Source: Takakia lepidozioides (Eukaryota; Plantae; Bryophyta). From it: a stretch of DNA of 64,000 nt. A program made the position numbers and the translations under genes. The stretch is taken from positions 38,874,001 to 38,938,000 of the forward strand of contig CM060733.1 in NCBI GenBank assembly GCA_030704615.1, given 5' to 3'. Under the pieces are notes generated by a model that did not search any database, was not told where the DNA came from, and saw only the letters and a program-made list of their open reading frames with translations. Within the stretch, counting starts at the first letter, position 1, and each line of letters opens with the position of its first letter. Below are positions 49,263 to 62,199 of the stretch, piece after piece.

Positions 49263-49709
49263 TACCTTAGGCATTTGGTCCCGTTATGAATATAATATTT
49301 GGCTGCATATGTTTTGTGTGCAGTGTCTGTCTGGATAGGATGCTATGTGCGATTGGAAAAGGCTCTACGGACTTTAAAGCCATTATGTGACTAGCCACTT
49401 TGTTTTAATATGGAAACTAACTTTTGTTTTTCATCTAAAAGGTTTTTTTTTCCATCTACTTTTATCCGGCGGATCAGCTCGCAGGCTGAGCGATCGCGCG
49501 GGGCGAATATTGCTATCAGCGCGGGGAAGCGGTGTCAGGGGCGGATCCGCCCACTTTTCCAGCGGATCAGCCCCGTTTTTTGGTCATGTGCGCAGGACTT
49601 GTGGCTGGGAGTTCATCATCTTCCAATTGTGGAATATTAGGCCCCGAATGAATTCCCACCACATCAAACATTCTAGTAAGTGTCGCATTTTTAAAAATAA
49701 AAATAAAAA

Positions 49710-51112
49710 TAAAAAATTAAACAAGGGATGGTGGCCTTGGATTTTTATTGAGAACGAGAGCCAAATGTGCAGCCAGATGGCCTTTTGTTCAATCCAGTGC
49801 CTCAAGAAAGTCTTTTGCTTTAGCTCGGGTAAATCTAACCCTACATCTCCATAGGAGCTGCAGCACTACAATGATTCTTTCATGTGGTTTCTTTCAGCAC
49901 CAATTAGGTTGCTGCAATTTGATCCGGGTGAGAGGTTCTGGATGAATAAACATCATGACCACTTTTTCACTTACACTGTTAAGCTCTGGTATTCCTTGCT
50001 AATGCCCAAATAGTCTTTTCAAAGTAAGTGGCAGAAAAAATGGGCCCATTCCCCTGAGCAGTATATACTATCCTGGAAACATGTTTGGATCGATATCTAG
50101 AAAAAGCATAGATCGACGAAGATTTCTGCGGATATGGAAGATAGCAAATAGAATTGTGTCTGTTGGTGCTTCTATCTCAGACCCTCCTTCCAATTGCGCT
50201 ATGTGCAGCCTCAATCTTCCGGAAGATATTGAACACTGCTTGGTGTTCTATCCTTTTGTTGCAGCTGTTTGGTCCAAAGCCTTCTCCCTCTACTCTCTTT
50301 GGAATCCCAGTCTTTCTTACTCTGCCACTGCTGTTCTTTTGAACATTAAAGATGATATCCAGTTTTGCTCATGCCTGTTTGGGAAACTTTGAGGGGTACT
50401 ATGTTGTGGCAGATCTGGAAAATGAGATGTTCAGTAGTATTTCAAAATTCTATGCCTTGTTTGCAGCAGGTTCTGCACCTTGCTCACTCAGACCTCATGT
50501 CTGAAGCTCGTAAATGTTGATTGACCCTTGTTTCAGCTCTTCCAAAGTGTGGAATCAGGAGGAGAGCCCAGCTCATCATTGCCTTCGACAATTCTTGGGG
50601 AAAAGGTGGGGTGTTCTGCAGGAGAATATCGGATACCAGAATCAAATGGGAAGATTGTCTCCCAAGCTGTTGGCAGCTCGGTTAGCGCTCGCATTTCTCC
50701 CTTAGGGTATGATGAAGCTGAAGTCAATTGGAGGCACCACATCTCAAAAAGGGGAAATCGAAAGCTCAACTCTCGTTTGAGGCTCCTAAAAGGAAAATGG
50801 GTAGCTCATAGTTCTTTTCTCTATTCTATTGGCAAAGCCTTTGGAGTAACTTGTAGTTCAAGCTCTTGTAGTTCTGAATGTTTTGTAGATTATGTGGCCC
50901 CTCTAGCTGAGACTACATGTTGCCTTCTTTTCTTACTTTTTTTCCCTCCTTGATCTTTATACTTTCATTTTCTTATGTTTCTGACGCTGAGTGGAACCTC
51001 AATCATCTACCTTATGGCTCTTTGTAAGGTTATTTTTTCCTTATCTTATTAATAAATTTTTAAGGACCACTGTCCCCTGTTCTCTATTTTTTTTTTAAAA
51101 TAAAATAAAAAT
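49710..51112 (+). mobile_element. 5'-truncated LINE (zf-RVT and 3' UTR), related to A and B
   Basis: WKIANRIV...CAMC...EDIEHCL, LWQIWKMRC and PLGYDEAEVNWRHH. The 3' UTR cttatggc...ggttattttttcc...aataaa resembles those of LINEs A and B. Confidence 0.75.
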
Positions 51113-51959
51113 CGAGAGGACCGCGGAAAAATACCAGAATGACCGAAATATTCCGGAGAATATTGTGCACCCATCATGAAAAGGGGGAAAGCATGCCCTC
51201 AGATCTATATCCTTGGATATAGGCCCTCTTTCTCTATAACAATACCATGTGCTCATGGTTTAGCAAGCATGAGCCTAGGTTCACATTTAGTGGGTGAAGT
51301 GGGAGCCGAGCTCACATGCTCATGGGGCTAGGCTCACACCGTAGCTACGCTGCTACCCTATCGAGGTGTTTGTTGCAATCTTCAGCAAACAAACAGCCGC
51401 CATTGCATTCATTTCGGGTGATTCTTCTCATTTCTTAGTAATAGTATATTTGTAAGGCTATATAAGAGCCTTCAATTGTCATGGGTTCATCTGACTTGCC
51501 ACCATCCACGCTTGAGCACTTGGCTGTTGAAGCGGCGACATCGCAGAATGAGCTAGGGGGCTTGGTGCGTCCTTCCTTGTGGGGGCTCTCAAAGACATGT
51601 TATATCTGAAGCGACCACCCAATGTGCATGTGTCTGCCTTCCCCACACCAGGTAACTTTAGATATTTTTGGAGGAGACATGTTGTACGAATGTTGGGGTG
51701 GGGTGATAGGAAGAAGGAGAGAGACCCGTTAGTATAGTGAAATCCTAAAATGTCAATTCCAGACCGCTTATCGCGTAAGGAAGGTAAAAGGCTTGAAGAG
51801 GGAATAAGTTGCTTTGGAGGAGAGAGGGGGCGATCCTGCTTTCCGTGTACAATGGCCAATAGGTTTCGTCTGTAGCAATCTCACAAGAGGATTCCTTCTC
51901 GGCGTATTAGCTTTTCTACCCATGGGACACAATGGTTTTCGTTGGCAGAAATGTCGATG

Positions 51960-52300
51960 TGTTGAGTAGGAATCATGACTTCGGAAGTGTGCACGTAAGT
52001 TGTGGCATCTTGTGGATGCCTTTCTAGAAAGGCTTTATGCACACAACGTTGTGCTAACCCCACTTTGTCATGAAGTCTGTAGGCACGAAGCAAGCCCCCC
52101 CATACCACCATGCCTAGGTCCATTGGCAGTTTGGCAATCAAATCGTCTGCCTCATCCAATATCCCCGGGCGGCCAAGAACCTTCACCATGACCAGTAGTC
52201 CCACATGACTGCAAGCAAATATAAGTGGAATAAAGGTGATACTGTCTGATGTATGATGCAGTTCATGTTTTTTGAATGAGATGAGCATGGACTTGCTTGC
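51960..52300 (-). pseudogene. PLS/E-class PPR protein fragment
   Basis: DSITFIPLIFACSHVGLL, MVKVLGRPGILDEADDLIAKLPM, VVWGGLLRAYRLH and PQDATTYV, with internal deletions. Confidence 0.8.
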
Positions 52301-52439
52301 CCTTCCCCAGGTATCCAAGGTTGGCAAGAAATCCATGCTGGGTAAATGCCAGGTCTTTTGCTTGCAAAGCAGGGGTTGGGGTCATTTGCAAGTTTTTAAG
52401 AAAATTAAAAAATCCATTTTTAAAAAAAAAAATCCGAAT

Positions 52440-52875
52440 GTGCCAGATTAACGTGGCGTTGACGATAGCTTAATCTGGCTGGTTGGGATTAAGCTTCTAC
52501 CAACTTAAAATACACTTATTTAAACTCAACAATACATACATTTTTGGGTTTTTGTTTTAATTTGTTCTGTTGGGTTGAATTCTCATGTGCCAACAGGGGC
52601 TGGGAATTAAGATGGCATTGATGACACCTTAATCCCCATCCCTTGCACGCACATGCTTGCCGCTAAGGCTTTTTTCCCTGTGTTGAAATGTCATGTGCCC
52701 CTGCTCGGAATTAAGCTCACGTTGATGCCACCTTAATGTCTGCTTCCCTGCACAGAAATGCTTATGGGTAAGGTTTTTTTCCTCGGGAGTTATTTCTTTC
52801 TTTCATGGGTAGAATTGTCATGTGCTGACAGGGGCTGCGAATTAAGCTGGCGTTGACGACAGATTAATATCTGTT
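52440..52875. repeat. Four degenerate repeats with an ATTAAG-N-CTTAAT hairpin core
   Basis: Cores at about 52446, 52604, 52708 and 52839, for example gaattaagatggcattgatgacaccttaat. Confidence 0.6.
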
Positions 52876-53254
52876 TCTCTGCGCACATGCTGATCGGTAA
52901 GGATAGATGTTATTGTAGTCATCTATGGTTCACTCATCAGGCCAATGTTACATCCCACACTCATCCATCGTTCATTTTTTTTTTTTTCCCCATTCATCAC
53001 ATATTCATTCATCCGGCAGCTTTTCATCGCACATTCGTACCACATTGTCGTCATGGAGACTGTTTGTCTTCGGTCCAATGGAGAGGAGATTGCGTCCATG
53101 CAGTGAAGTTTGCGTCCACGACAATATGCCCTCTTTTCCTCTCGGTTGTAGGCTCCACTTCACTAATCTACTCACGTTTACAATCTACTCACGCTTAAGG
53201 GATTATGCTCACGTTTACCACGTAAAGCGTGAGCGTGCTCACAGGTTCTGCTCA

Positions 53255-54282
53255 CATGGTAGCTGCCCTCCTTTGAGGGCGTCCAAAATTGGAAGACGCT
53301 CAATATTTGGCTCCTAGAGTTGGAGCAGTATTTCCAGGCTGCCAAGTTGTGACGAAGATCGCGTGTAAAGTGGCTCCCACCTATTTGAGGGGCTATGCTC
53401 AACAATGGTGGCAGAAGTGCCTTCAGGACTAGGGGCCAAGCTCGGAGGCCGTGATCAACTGGACTAGTAGGTTCAAGGAACTCATGAAGAAGCAATTTGT
53501 GCCCCTCAATGCGTCTTGGCTCGCCTGAGATAAGATGAGGAACTTGAAGCATTATGTTTGGGGCTATGTGCAGGCTTTCAATGTGAGATTTCTTGAAATC
53601 GCAGATATAGCGGAACTAGAAATGGTCTTCCACTTGTGGCAGGACTAGTTTAATGGCCCAAGCGGAAGTTGGAGGAGAAGCCACCAAAGACTTTGAATGA
53701 GACAATTGAAAGAGCTGATTGTTTCTCGGATGTCCCTAGGGGTGGAAGACAAGGTCGTACGGAGCCGAATCACAAGAAGGTCCCACGGGAGGATGACTCC
53801 TCTTGGTCGGAAAAGAAGTGGGATATGTCACGCGGCGACAATGGTGCTTGGAAAACGAAGGGAGTGCCTTGGCATGCCAGGGCGACACTTGGTACTGCTT
53901 CGAAAAAAAAATCAGGCGTGATGGCAAATAGCGAGCAAATGACAACGTTTGATGGAATGTGCTTTAATTGTGGGAAGACGGGGCGCATGGCCAAAAAGTG
54001 CCCGGATCCAAGGCATTTGAATATGACCCAGGCGACCACGGAGCTGTCGGAAAGCTCAATCAACCGTTTGATGGAAGTGGTCGCCAAAACTTACAAGGTA
54101 GGCAACTACACTTGTGAGTTCTACCAGGAAGTGGGAGCGCTCCGTAGCGAAAACTAGTTAATAAGTAGGATTGTTTTTGGAACTAACATTTCATTGTTGG
54201 TGGACACAGGAGCATCGTACTATTTCATGACACTGGGAATATCGCGGAAGTAAGGGCTCCCGACAATTGACATGGGGGCCTC
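53255..54282 (+). pseudogene. Ty3/Gypsy gag, zinc knuckle and protease remnant, truncated by the next element
   Basis: WLLELEQYF, YLRGYAQQWW, FKELMKKQFVP, PKTLNETIERA, CFNCGKTGRMAKKC, and protease LLVDTGAS at about 54195. Confidence 0.8.
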
Positions 54283-56706
54283 TGTCAAGTTAAATAAGCA
54301 CAGTGTGAAAACAGCTAGAATAAAACTAGTTATTTGTATTTAACACTTGGATTTAGGTCAAGTGTTAAATCAGGTGTCAAGTTTAGTTTGACACCTGGTC
54401 CGTCTTATCTTCACGAGAGCGGCAGTCGCGCAGCTCATCTCTCTCGAGTTGAGCCTGCGCAACCGAGCTCCTTCATGCTTTAGAATCTGAGTGTGCTTAT
54501 GTAGGGGTATAGGTTGTTGTGGGGTGGAGTCCCCATAGCTTGGGGTGCCCCTGGCTCGACTATTATATTAAAGAGTGATGTTGATGAATTTCATATTTTG
54601 TGTGAACAGTGTGTTTTGAGTTTTCTTATCACTCGAGAGAGCTGACCTCTTACCTGTGAGTGCAAGGTAGGAGTTGAGGGTTAGCACTTGTATGATTACA
54701 TGTGTGTAAGTAGTGCTTAGTTTAAGAAGCTTAATAAACAAAAAAAAAACATGCAGGTTTCGATCATCTTTGGTTTCTGGGTGGTGGGGGAGGAGATGGG
54801 AGCGGAACGAGCTCCGCTGATTGTGCAGCGATGAGCGCTGCGTGCTTGGTTGAACTCTTCCGTGGTTGACAATTGCAGGTTGCGGGTGCTGCGGGCTTAC
54901 CAAACAGATATGGCCAGTTCTGTAGCAGACAAGTTCGCTGCAGAATTTTGAGAGCTCAAACGCGAAGAAAAGTTGTGATTTTGGATGGCGAGAGACTGAG
55001 GAAGTCGCAATGATTTGTACGCATGCGCTCCGAAAGCCAGAGAGAGGCTGGGGTTCTTGCAGGAGGAGGCTCTTTCCGGAGTCTTGGAAATCATCGAGTG
55101 TGCAGGGATGGTCTGGAGAAATTTGAGTTGTGCAGCCTGAGTCTGGCTGACTAGTCTGATCCGGTTGGGTTGCTGAAGAGAGCAATAAAATCTTGGGTAC
55201 ATCTGAGTGTGCAGCGGCAGGCAGTGATTCGGGGGTGTGTTTGTTTTGGACAATCTTGGCCTGGAGGGCAGGTTGAAGTCAACTAAGGCATTGCCATGCG
55301 CCGAGGAGTCGTCATGTGATCTCTCGGCGAGACCCTATCATTTCGGGAAACGACGCTGATAAGTTGTGGCTGCTAAATCAAAGCCTCGTACATAGAGAGA
55401 GAGTCAACTGAAAGATGTTGATGCTAGTCACCAACTGCTGAGATGGGGCTGAGAGTCATGCATGGCGAGCCTGGCTCAACGTAGGCGTGATTATAGGAGT
55501 GCCAGTTGGCTACCACTACAATGACACTCTAAATGGAATGCAACATGTGGAGAGAACGCCGAAAAGCAATGCCGTAGCCGAAGAGCCTGTGATTGCAGTG
55601 GTTAGGCCAGCTGTGGGCCATAACGATCCTTTGAGTCCTGTGAGTGATTCCCCACCCATATTTTCCAGGGCTGGTGCCAAGCAGCTGAGAAGATCTCGGT
55701 CGATTCCTTCAGGTGTACGAGGCCACGCAGCTACTCCTGTGTTCCCTAGTCCATTGCTTCCCATTGTCAGGCGCTTAAAACAGCTCCCCAATTTCTACTT
55801 ACACTAACCGGAACAATGTAGGATCAGGGGATACAAAAGGAGAAGCAAAGAACTAAATGCAGATGTTGGAATCAAAGATGGCAGTACACACCATATTGCC
55901 AAAGAGATTGAGGACGATCAGGATATGGGTGCAAAGCAGGATTCTAAACTAGAATTAGAGACTGGAAAATTGGCAGAAGTAATGGCAAGCAGGTGCAGGG
56001 TTTTACAGAAACAGGAAGAGATGTTCTGCCAAATACTCTCGCCGTCAAGCAAGTGCACCTGAAAGCTCTGTGATATCGAAGGGATCCACCAATGGGACAA
56101 CTTGTTTTTCCTCTCACACTGGCAATGTCATATGTGGGAGTCAGTTCCTCGGTTTCACCTCCGATGTGGTAGATGTATTGTGCAAGTCCAGCAACCATCC
56201 ACGAATCTTTCGATTGCAGGCCGCCTGTCCATAAGCCATGAAGGTGCTGCGCAGTGCATCTCTTGACCTGCTCTTGAAATCGCCCTAGGGTGTGATACCC
56301 CATCCATAACTGAGGTCGAGTTTTGGAATTAACGAGCTCTGGTGCCTGGAGAATCCTGGAGGGGAACGACCTCGGGAACTCGTAGATAACCTGGGAACAG
56401 GTTGTAATGGCAAAAGCGTTTTGGTGTTAAAAAAAAAAAAAAAAACCTTTTTGATCTAAAAGGTGTTATGTTTAAAGAGCCTGGTTGGTCATATCTTTGT
56501 CAAATGAGCTCCGTTTGACTCAGTTTTTGAGGGGATAGTTGCAGAAAGGGGAAATCTACTTATCTAGACCTGGTTTCTGTTTTTGGGACTCTGCTAAAAA
56601 TCTATGGAATTTTTAGAGTGTGAGTGTGCCATGAAAGATCCACAATCCTGTTTCTAGAACCTGTGGTGGTCTATATTAGAGACAAATCTGTGGATGTACT
56701 CCTTGT

Positions 56707-57457
56707 ATGGCTGGGGGAAATGAGGACGTAATTGAAGGGCAGGTCTCTTCTCTTAGCCTGTGCACACAAGGGGACAGGATTTATGTTTCCCAAGGAACTC
56801 AGACTGATTTGAGTGGAGAACAGTTGGACGAGTTGATTGCATACTGGGAGTCAGGCATTAGCAGTAGACAACAGACTGCTGTAGTTGGCATTGAGGGCCT
56901 CAATATCGCCTTGGACAGTCAGAACTCTGTTGGAGCCAGCAGTTTCTGCAGCTGTAGGTGAAATACCAAAGTGGGTGAAAGCTAGGCTTGGAACACAGCC
57001 AAAGACAGCCCCGGGGACCAAGGTGTTCAGCCACAAGGCCGTGGTGTACTGGAGCAGAGGAGCAGGAGCTACACAAGTTTGTGCAATCAGACATGGTTGC
57101 AGCCGGATACGCTCTGCACAGGGCAACCACGAGCGGGGGTTCATCAGCAATGACATGTTTGTTGTGCGTGAAGGAGATGCAGTCATTCGCAATGAGGACA
57201 CCCGCAACCGTCTCAAAGCTTTCGAGTTGAGAGACTATCAGACCCTACCTTTGTTTTCTTTAGTGTTCAGTGAGCGGGAGATAGCAGAGTGTTGCTTTGT
57301 CTCTACCTGGCAGAAAGAGGAGGAGGGTTGGTTAGAGCGAGCTACTGTAGCTTGGGACAAGGTTAGTGGCAGGTTTCTGGACATAGATATACCTCCTACA
57401 CCTTACCATCAAGCAGAGCGAGGCACTTTGAGAGAAGTCTGGAAGCTGATAGAATAG
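56707..57457 (+). CDS. Unknown ORF upstream of gag, possibly frameshifted near 56900-56950
   Basis: Overlapping ORFs 56707-56961 and 56885-57457, with globular-looking composition and no recognisable motif. Confidence 0.45.
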
Positions 57458-58192
57458 ATCAGGATTAGATCTTGCTTGGGCGGGCTTCTATTCTTCCCCT
57501 CCATCTCTGTACTTTTTTCATTACCTTGTACTTGTAGTTGCCAAAGCCTCTCTTGGTGGAGGCCAGTCAGTCCGGGGTTTTGGGCTGGGATATTCTGCAG
57601 GATCAGCGTTGCTGCTGGATTTTGGTGTGGGGGTGTTGATGTTTTGATTTCTTGTGTTTGGATCCCCCCCAACACCTGCATGCTTGACTGTGCGCCATGT
57701 TGGTTTTGTGTGGGCGCTTGCTTTCATAGGGATTAGGCCGGATTTGATCACCGGTCAATCCTAGAGTATGCTGTCGGTGGTGAGGCTGGAGTGATGACCA
57801 GCAAGACCACCAGTGTTTCTTCTATGGTGAGGCTGGGTTGATGACCAGCCAACCATAGGAGTTCTTGCGGTGGATGCAGGTGCAGGTGCCCTGAGCCATT
57901 GGGATATGACCCTTAGACTGCAACAGGTGCCCACCCGTGTCACTATTAGATTAGTACTAGAGCCTTATAGTGTCACGTGGAGGAGGTGCACATTGTGAGT
58001 GTCATTACGGAGTTACCCAAGGGTTTTGAGGGAGTACGGCTACAAGCAGTGACAGTGAGAGTGGGTTCACAAGACGAGGTATTCGGTTCAGACCACCTTC
58101 ACCGCCACCCCTCAACTACTGTAGAGTCAGACACAGACTCGGAGGCTTCATCAACAGGTGTGCACTTTCATTCGCCATTGTTGTGGGACGAC

Positions 58193-59250
58193 ATGGAGGA
58201 GATGTATGGAGCTACCAAGGGGCCTCGTAGGTACTCTGGAGCTGTGGGCACAATTGAGTTGGATGACTTTATCTGGTGTGATTTGCAGCAGATGCGCAAT
58301 CCACAGCTATTCACCCCATTCATGGCGTGGAAGGGACTGTTCCAGCATTTGGAAGGCCCGCCTATGGACGATTACCACGAGTTCAGGCGAGGACATGAAG
58401 CAGAGATTGAGGAGTGGAGGATGTATTGGTCACCTGACTACGTCTCCATTACTCGAGGCACGACGCGACCAGTAGCTGCATCAGTACCAATAGCTCCCAC
58501 TGCCAGCACTAGTAGTGGAGCAAGTAGTGCTGGTACTTCTGCAGGTGGTACCAGTTCAAAAGGTGCTACTACTCCTCCTGCCACGACTACAACACATGTG
58601 CCTAGATTCAACCCGGTGGTGGAGTTCTTCCAGGAGTTGCGGAGGAACTACCAAGGTGTACGGACAGAGAAGCTGCGAAGTTTGCAAGACTTCCAGCGCA
58701 AACCCAGTGAGAGCCTGCGAGAGGCGTACACTCGTATGAGGCGCTTGATAAGTGTGACCCAAGGGGTTACTGAAGCTCAGGCAATCCAGTTTTGGTATGG
58801 AATTCTGGACAAGGAGCTCAAGAGAAGGGTGCGAGATGCAACCCTGTTACAAGCAGCCCAACCCACCTTAGCAGATGTGTTTCTGCTGGCTGAGCGGATT
58901 GAGCTCAACATGGTGGAGGAGCGAGTTGTTACAATTGGATTTGGCAAGGACATGCCTGTACGGGGCACAGCTGTCAGCCCACAGGCACAAGGACTGCCCA
59001 ACAGCGTGGTCAGGGGGGCAAGGTTGCCCAGCCCAAGTTCCATGGAGCTTACAGGGGACCTCAGGTGCAGAGGCCCGTGGCATCTTTTGCAGGCCAACAG
59101 CAACCAGGGGTGATATGTTGGATATGTGGAGGACCCCATGTCAAAGAGATTGCCCAGAGAATGGCAGAAGGCCGCCACAAGCACAGCCTGCACAGTTGCA
59201 GTGTGGGCATTGTGGCAAGTATGGGCATGGAGATGCCTAGTGTTATGACT
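58193..59250 (+). CDS. Gag (retrotransposon gag domain plus two CCHC knuckles, frameshifted)
   Basis: FFQELRRNYQG...LQDFQRKPSESLREAYTRMRRL; CWICGGPH (~59117) and CGHCGKYGH (~59202). Confidence 0.8.
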
Positions 59251-60169
59251 TGCATCCTGAGTTGCGCCCAGGCCAGTTCCAAGGGAACAATGGTGGCCGG
59301 GGGCAAAATGGACCAGCCCAGAGAGGACGAGGTGGTCGGGCACGAGGTGCAGGCCAAGGGCAACCTCAACATGGCCAAGGACGCGGAGGTCAGGGTGTTG
59401 ATCAAGGCATGGCCAACCGGCTTCAGTAGCTAGAGCAGAGGCTCGCTGCCATGGCTATAGCTCAGGCGGTACCGGCTCCCAGGCGGGATGGTCCACCTCC
59501 TGCTCCTGAGGGAGGAGATATGGGAGGCATGGGATTTATGTGCGGAGCAGCACTACCACTAGAGCAGGTGGAGTCTGCTGCAGCCGTGACTCGAGGAGCA
59601 GCACGAGTTCCTGAGCCACGAGGTGCAGAGGTGGAATTGGATCCACAGCGTGGGGAGGCAAGCCGTCAGGCAAGGCTTCCTCAGTCATTCACATTGGCGG
59701 AGACTGTGTCGACGCCATCCATGGCACCTAGTTCTCGCCCGACTGTTACCGAGGCGGAGGTTACTATGCCATTGGGGAGAGCTACACGTGCAGCATTGAC
59801 TCCTGCTGCCAAGGCTAGTGCGGCCGGTGTGTTATTGGGGGCAGCCACCTCTGTGTGTCAGGCCCCACTGTTCTCGGCAACAATGATTGCGACGCCGGGG
59901 GTGAGACCAGCTGCAGTGTTCAGACTAGCAGCAACACTCTGTGAGAGTGGGGAGGTCACTTCATCTTCTGCGGAGTTAGTAGAAGATGTAGTGGCAGAGG
60001 GATCCTCGGATTTGAGGGTCAAGACTGCCACGGCTGCGCCATGGCAAGTTGCAGCTGCCAGGTTAACGGAGCTGCCAGCTAGGCCAGCCATTGAGCGCGC
60101 CATGGTGACACCTGGAGTTGTCTTGTTAGACAACCAGGGAGGCATTTTCACTTTGAGTGGACCGGCAGA

Positions 60170-60550
60170 CAAGAAGTACCGGCCACTGCGGGTCTTGTTG
60201 GACTCAGGAGCTCAGCCACTGATGTTGGGCAGAGCTGCTATTGCAGGTTTGGGCCTCATGGAGGCGGATATGGAGCCTTGTCCTTTCCAGATACAGACAT
60301 CTCTGGGAGGATCAGAGCAGGCTCGCGGCATGACACGGCATCAGTTGGCTATTAGACTGCATCCGGATCATCCTGTAGATGGCTCAGTGATGCAAGCCAA
60401 GGCCATTGTGACAGACGCGGTCTCTTACGATGTCCTCGTTGGTGGGGCAGTGTTATACCCCATGGGCTTCACCCTGGATTTCTGGGAGGAGTCAGCATCC
60501 TACAGGCCTGGATGGCAGTCAGGGGAGGTCGCCGTGCACAGCTCCCTGTG
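60170..60550 (+). CDS. Retropepsin aspartic protease domain
   Basis: LRVLLDSGAQPLML active-site motif at about 60190 and the YDVLVGG motif. Confidence 0.85.
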
Positions 60551-60900
60551 ATATTCCATTGGGGTATTGCAGCTGGGGGTATTGCAGCTGCCCAGCGGGG
60601 CAGATGAAACACTAGCCGCTTCACAGCTGCAGTTAGTTGGCCTGGAGAGTGCTGGAAGGGCAATGCCCATGCAGAGGATGTGCCACCTCCAGCAGAGCAG
60701 GATGACATGCATGGTACGGCGGAGTTGCCTGCCATGGTTGCTCACACTCCGTTGTGGGGTACGAGCAAGGATTTGCAGCAAGCTGCTGATGGACGGGTGC
60801 AACAAGCTTGGGTAGAAGCTTTTGTACCGTCAGGAGAGGAGGAGAGTGCGGTGATTGCACCAGGGCCACCTCAGTTGTCGCCATTGGACACCACACCTCT

Positions 60901-61860
60901 GTGTGGCAGCGGCCGGATGAAGGCATTTGCCTTCTGGACTTGTTTGGCGGGATCAGCACCGGATTGGCTGCTGTGCTACAGGCAGGTGTGCGGGTAAGGC
61001 GTTACCTGTATATGTGGAGAGGGATGAGACTGCACGACGCGTCTCACTGCGCCATGTGGCTCAGTGGTACAGCAGTACCCTGACTTGTTGCCGTGTCTGC
61101 AGTTCGTGGATACCAACAAGCCTTGCCAGCAGACATTCCTTGTTGGGGGGGCGCAAGATTTGGAGCAGGTTGGCTCCATTGATCTGATAGTGGCAGGTTG
61201 GCCCTGCCAAGGGCATTCATCAGCCGGGCATGGCAATGGATTGCGAGACTCGAGGACGGGTCTGTTTTGGGAGATGGTGCGGATTTTGCGTGCTTGCAGC
61301 TTCATCAAGCTGTATCTCCAGCATACATCTTGGAGAATGTACCACTGATGGGTGATTCTCGGGCCAGGGTGATGGCCAGTGTGCATCAAGTCCGGTCGTG
61401 GCTTGGGTCAGCAGTATTGCTGGATGCAGCTGTAGTGGGGTCACGGGCTCATCGTCCACAACTATGGTGGACTAACTTGATGCCACCCGCACTGCTCAAG
61501 CGTGCATTTGATGGGGTGCAGCGGCCAGCACACCTCCCGGTGGATGGCATTTTGGACACAGGGAGGCAGTCTCAACGTGTGAGACACGATGACCGTTCGC
61601 CTTTGGCAGTGGTCAACAGGGTGGGTCAACCACGAGCAGCATTACCTACACTGCTCAGCTTCCAGGATCCCATGCTTTTCGGGATGGTGGACCTGGCCTC
61701 CTGTGGGATGCCAGTAGTGTAGTGGAGCCTAAATGCCGACGACGAGAGGGGCTAGGGGGTTTGTCAACTAGGACCACGCGTGCCTTCTCTTTCAGAGGCA
61801 TACAGTCGTCAGGTGGGTTGGGGGGCAAAGCAATGGATTCTCAATTGCTTGACTGGATTG
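60901..61860 (+). CDS. C5 cytosine DNA methyltransferase domain within pol (frameshifted in this assembly)
   Basis: Motif I LLDLFGGI (60931), II YVERD, IV DLIVAGWPCQG (catalytic Cys at 61205), VI YILENV (61333), VIII GSRAHRPQLWWTN (61450), and IX/X remnants EPNAD (~61725) and GQAMD-LNC (~61825). Confidence 0.92.
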
Positions 61861-62199
61861 TCGCTGGTATGGCTGAGCAAGTATAGAGTGGCGGAGTGCA
61901 ATTCCCTTGACGGTCTCTCTGCCTACCGAGACGGTACAGGCCGGACAGTGGGGGCGAGCCGGTGAGGACCACGAGTTGTAGACATCATGGCACAGTGGGA
62001 GGTGCTCGAGGTGAGAGTTGGCAGCGAAGGCAGAGTGATGGATGAGGTTGAGGAGTCTACTCGGGATGAGGAGGTTTCAATGAGGAGTGATGGGGCCGGA
62101 TGAGGCCTTGTCATTGACTGAGCAGGAAGGGGGTACGCTCAAGAGGTTGCAGCAATCGAACCACGGGATCGTCCTCAACTCTAAGCCCACTGGACTTTA

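Noticed and set aside
57971-57992. Possible LTR end and PBS (TGTCAC-GTGGAGGAGGTGC) before gag
   Set aside because: I could not match it confidently to a tRNA 3' end, and the second LTR is outside the window.
60901-61860. Bacterial restriction-modification methyltransferase from contamination
   Set aside because: It is collinear with Gypsy protease and RT on the same strand, with no restriction enzyme or operon context.
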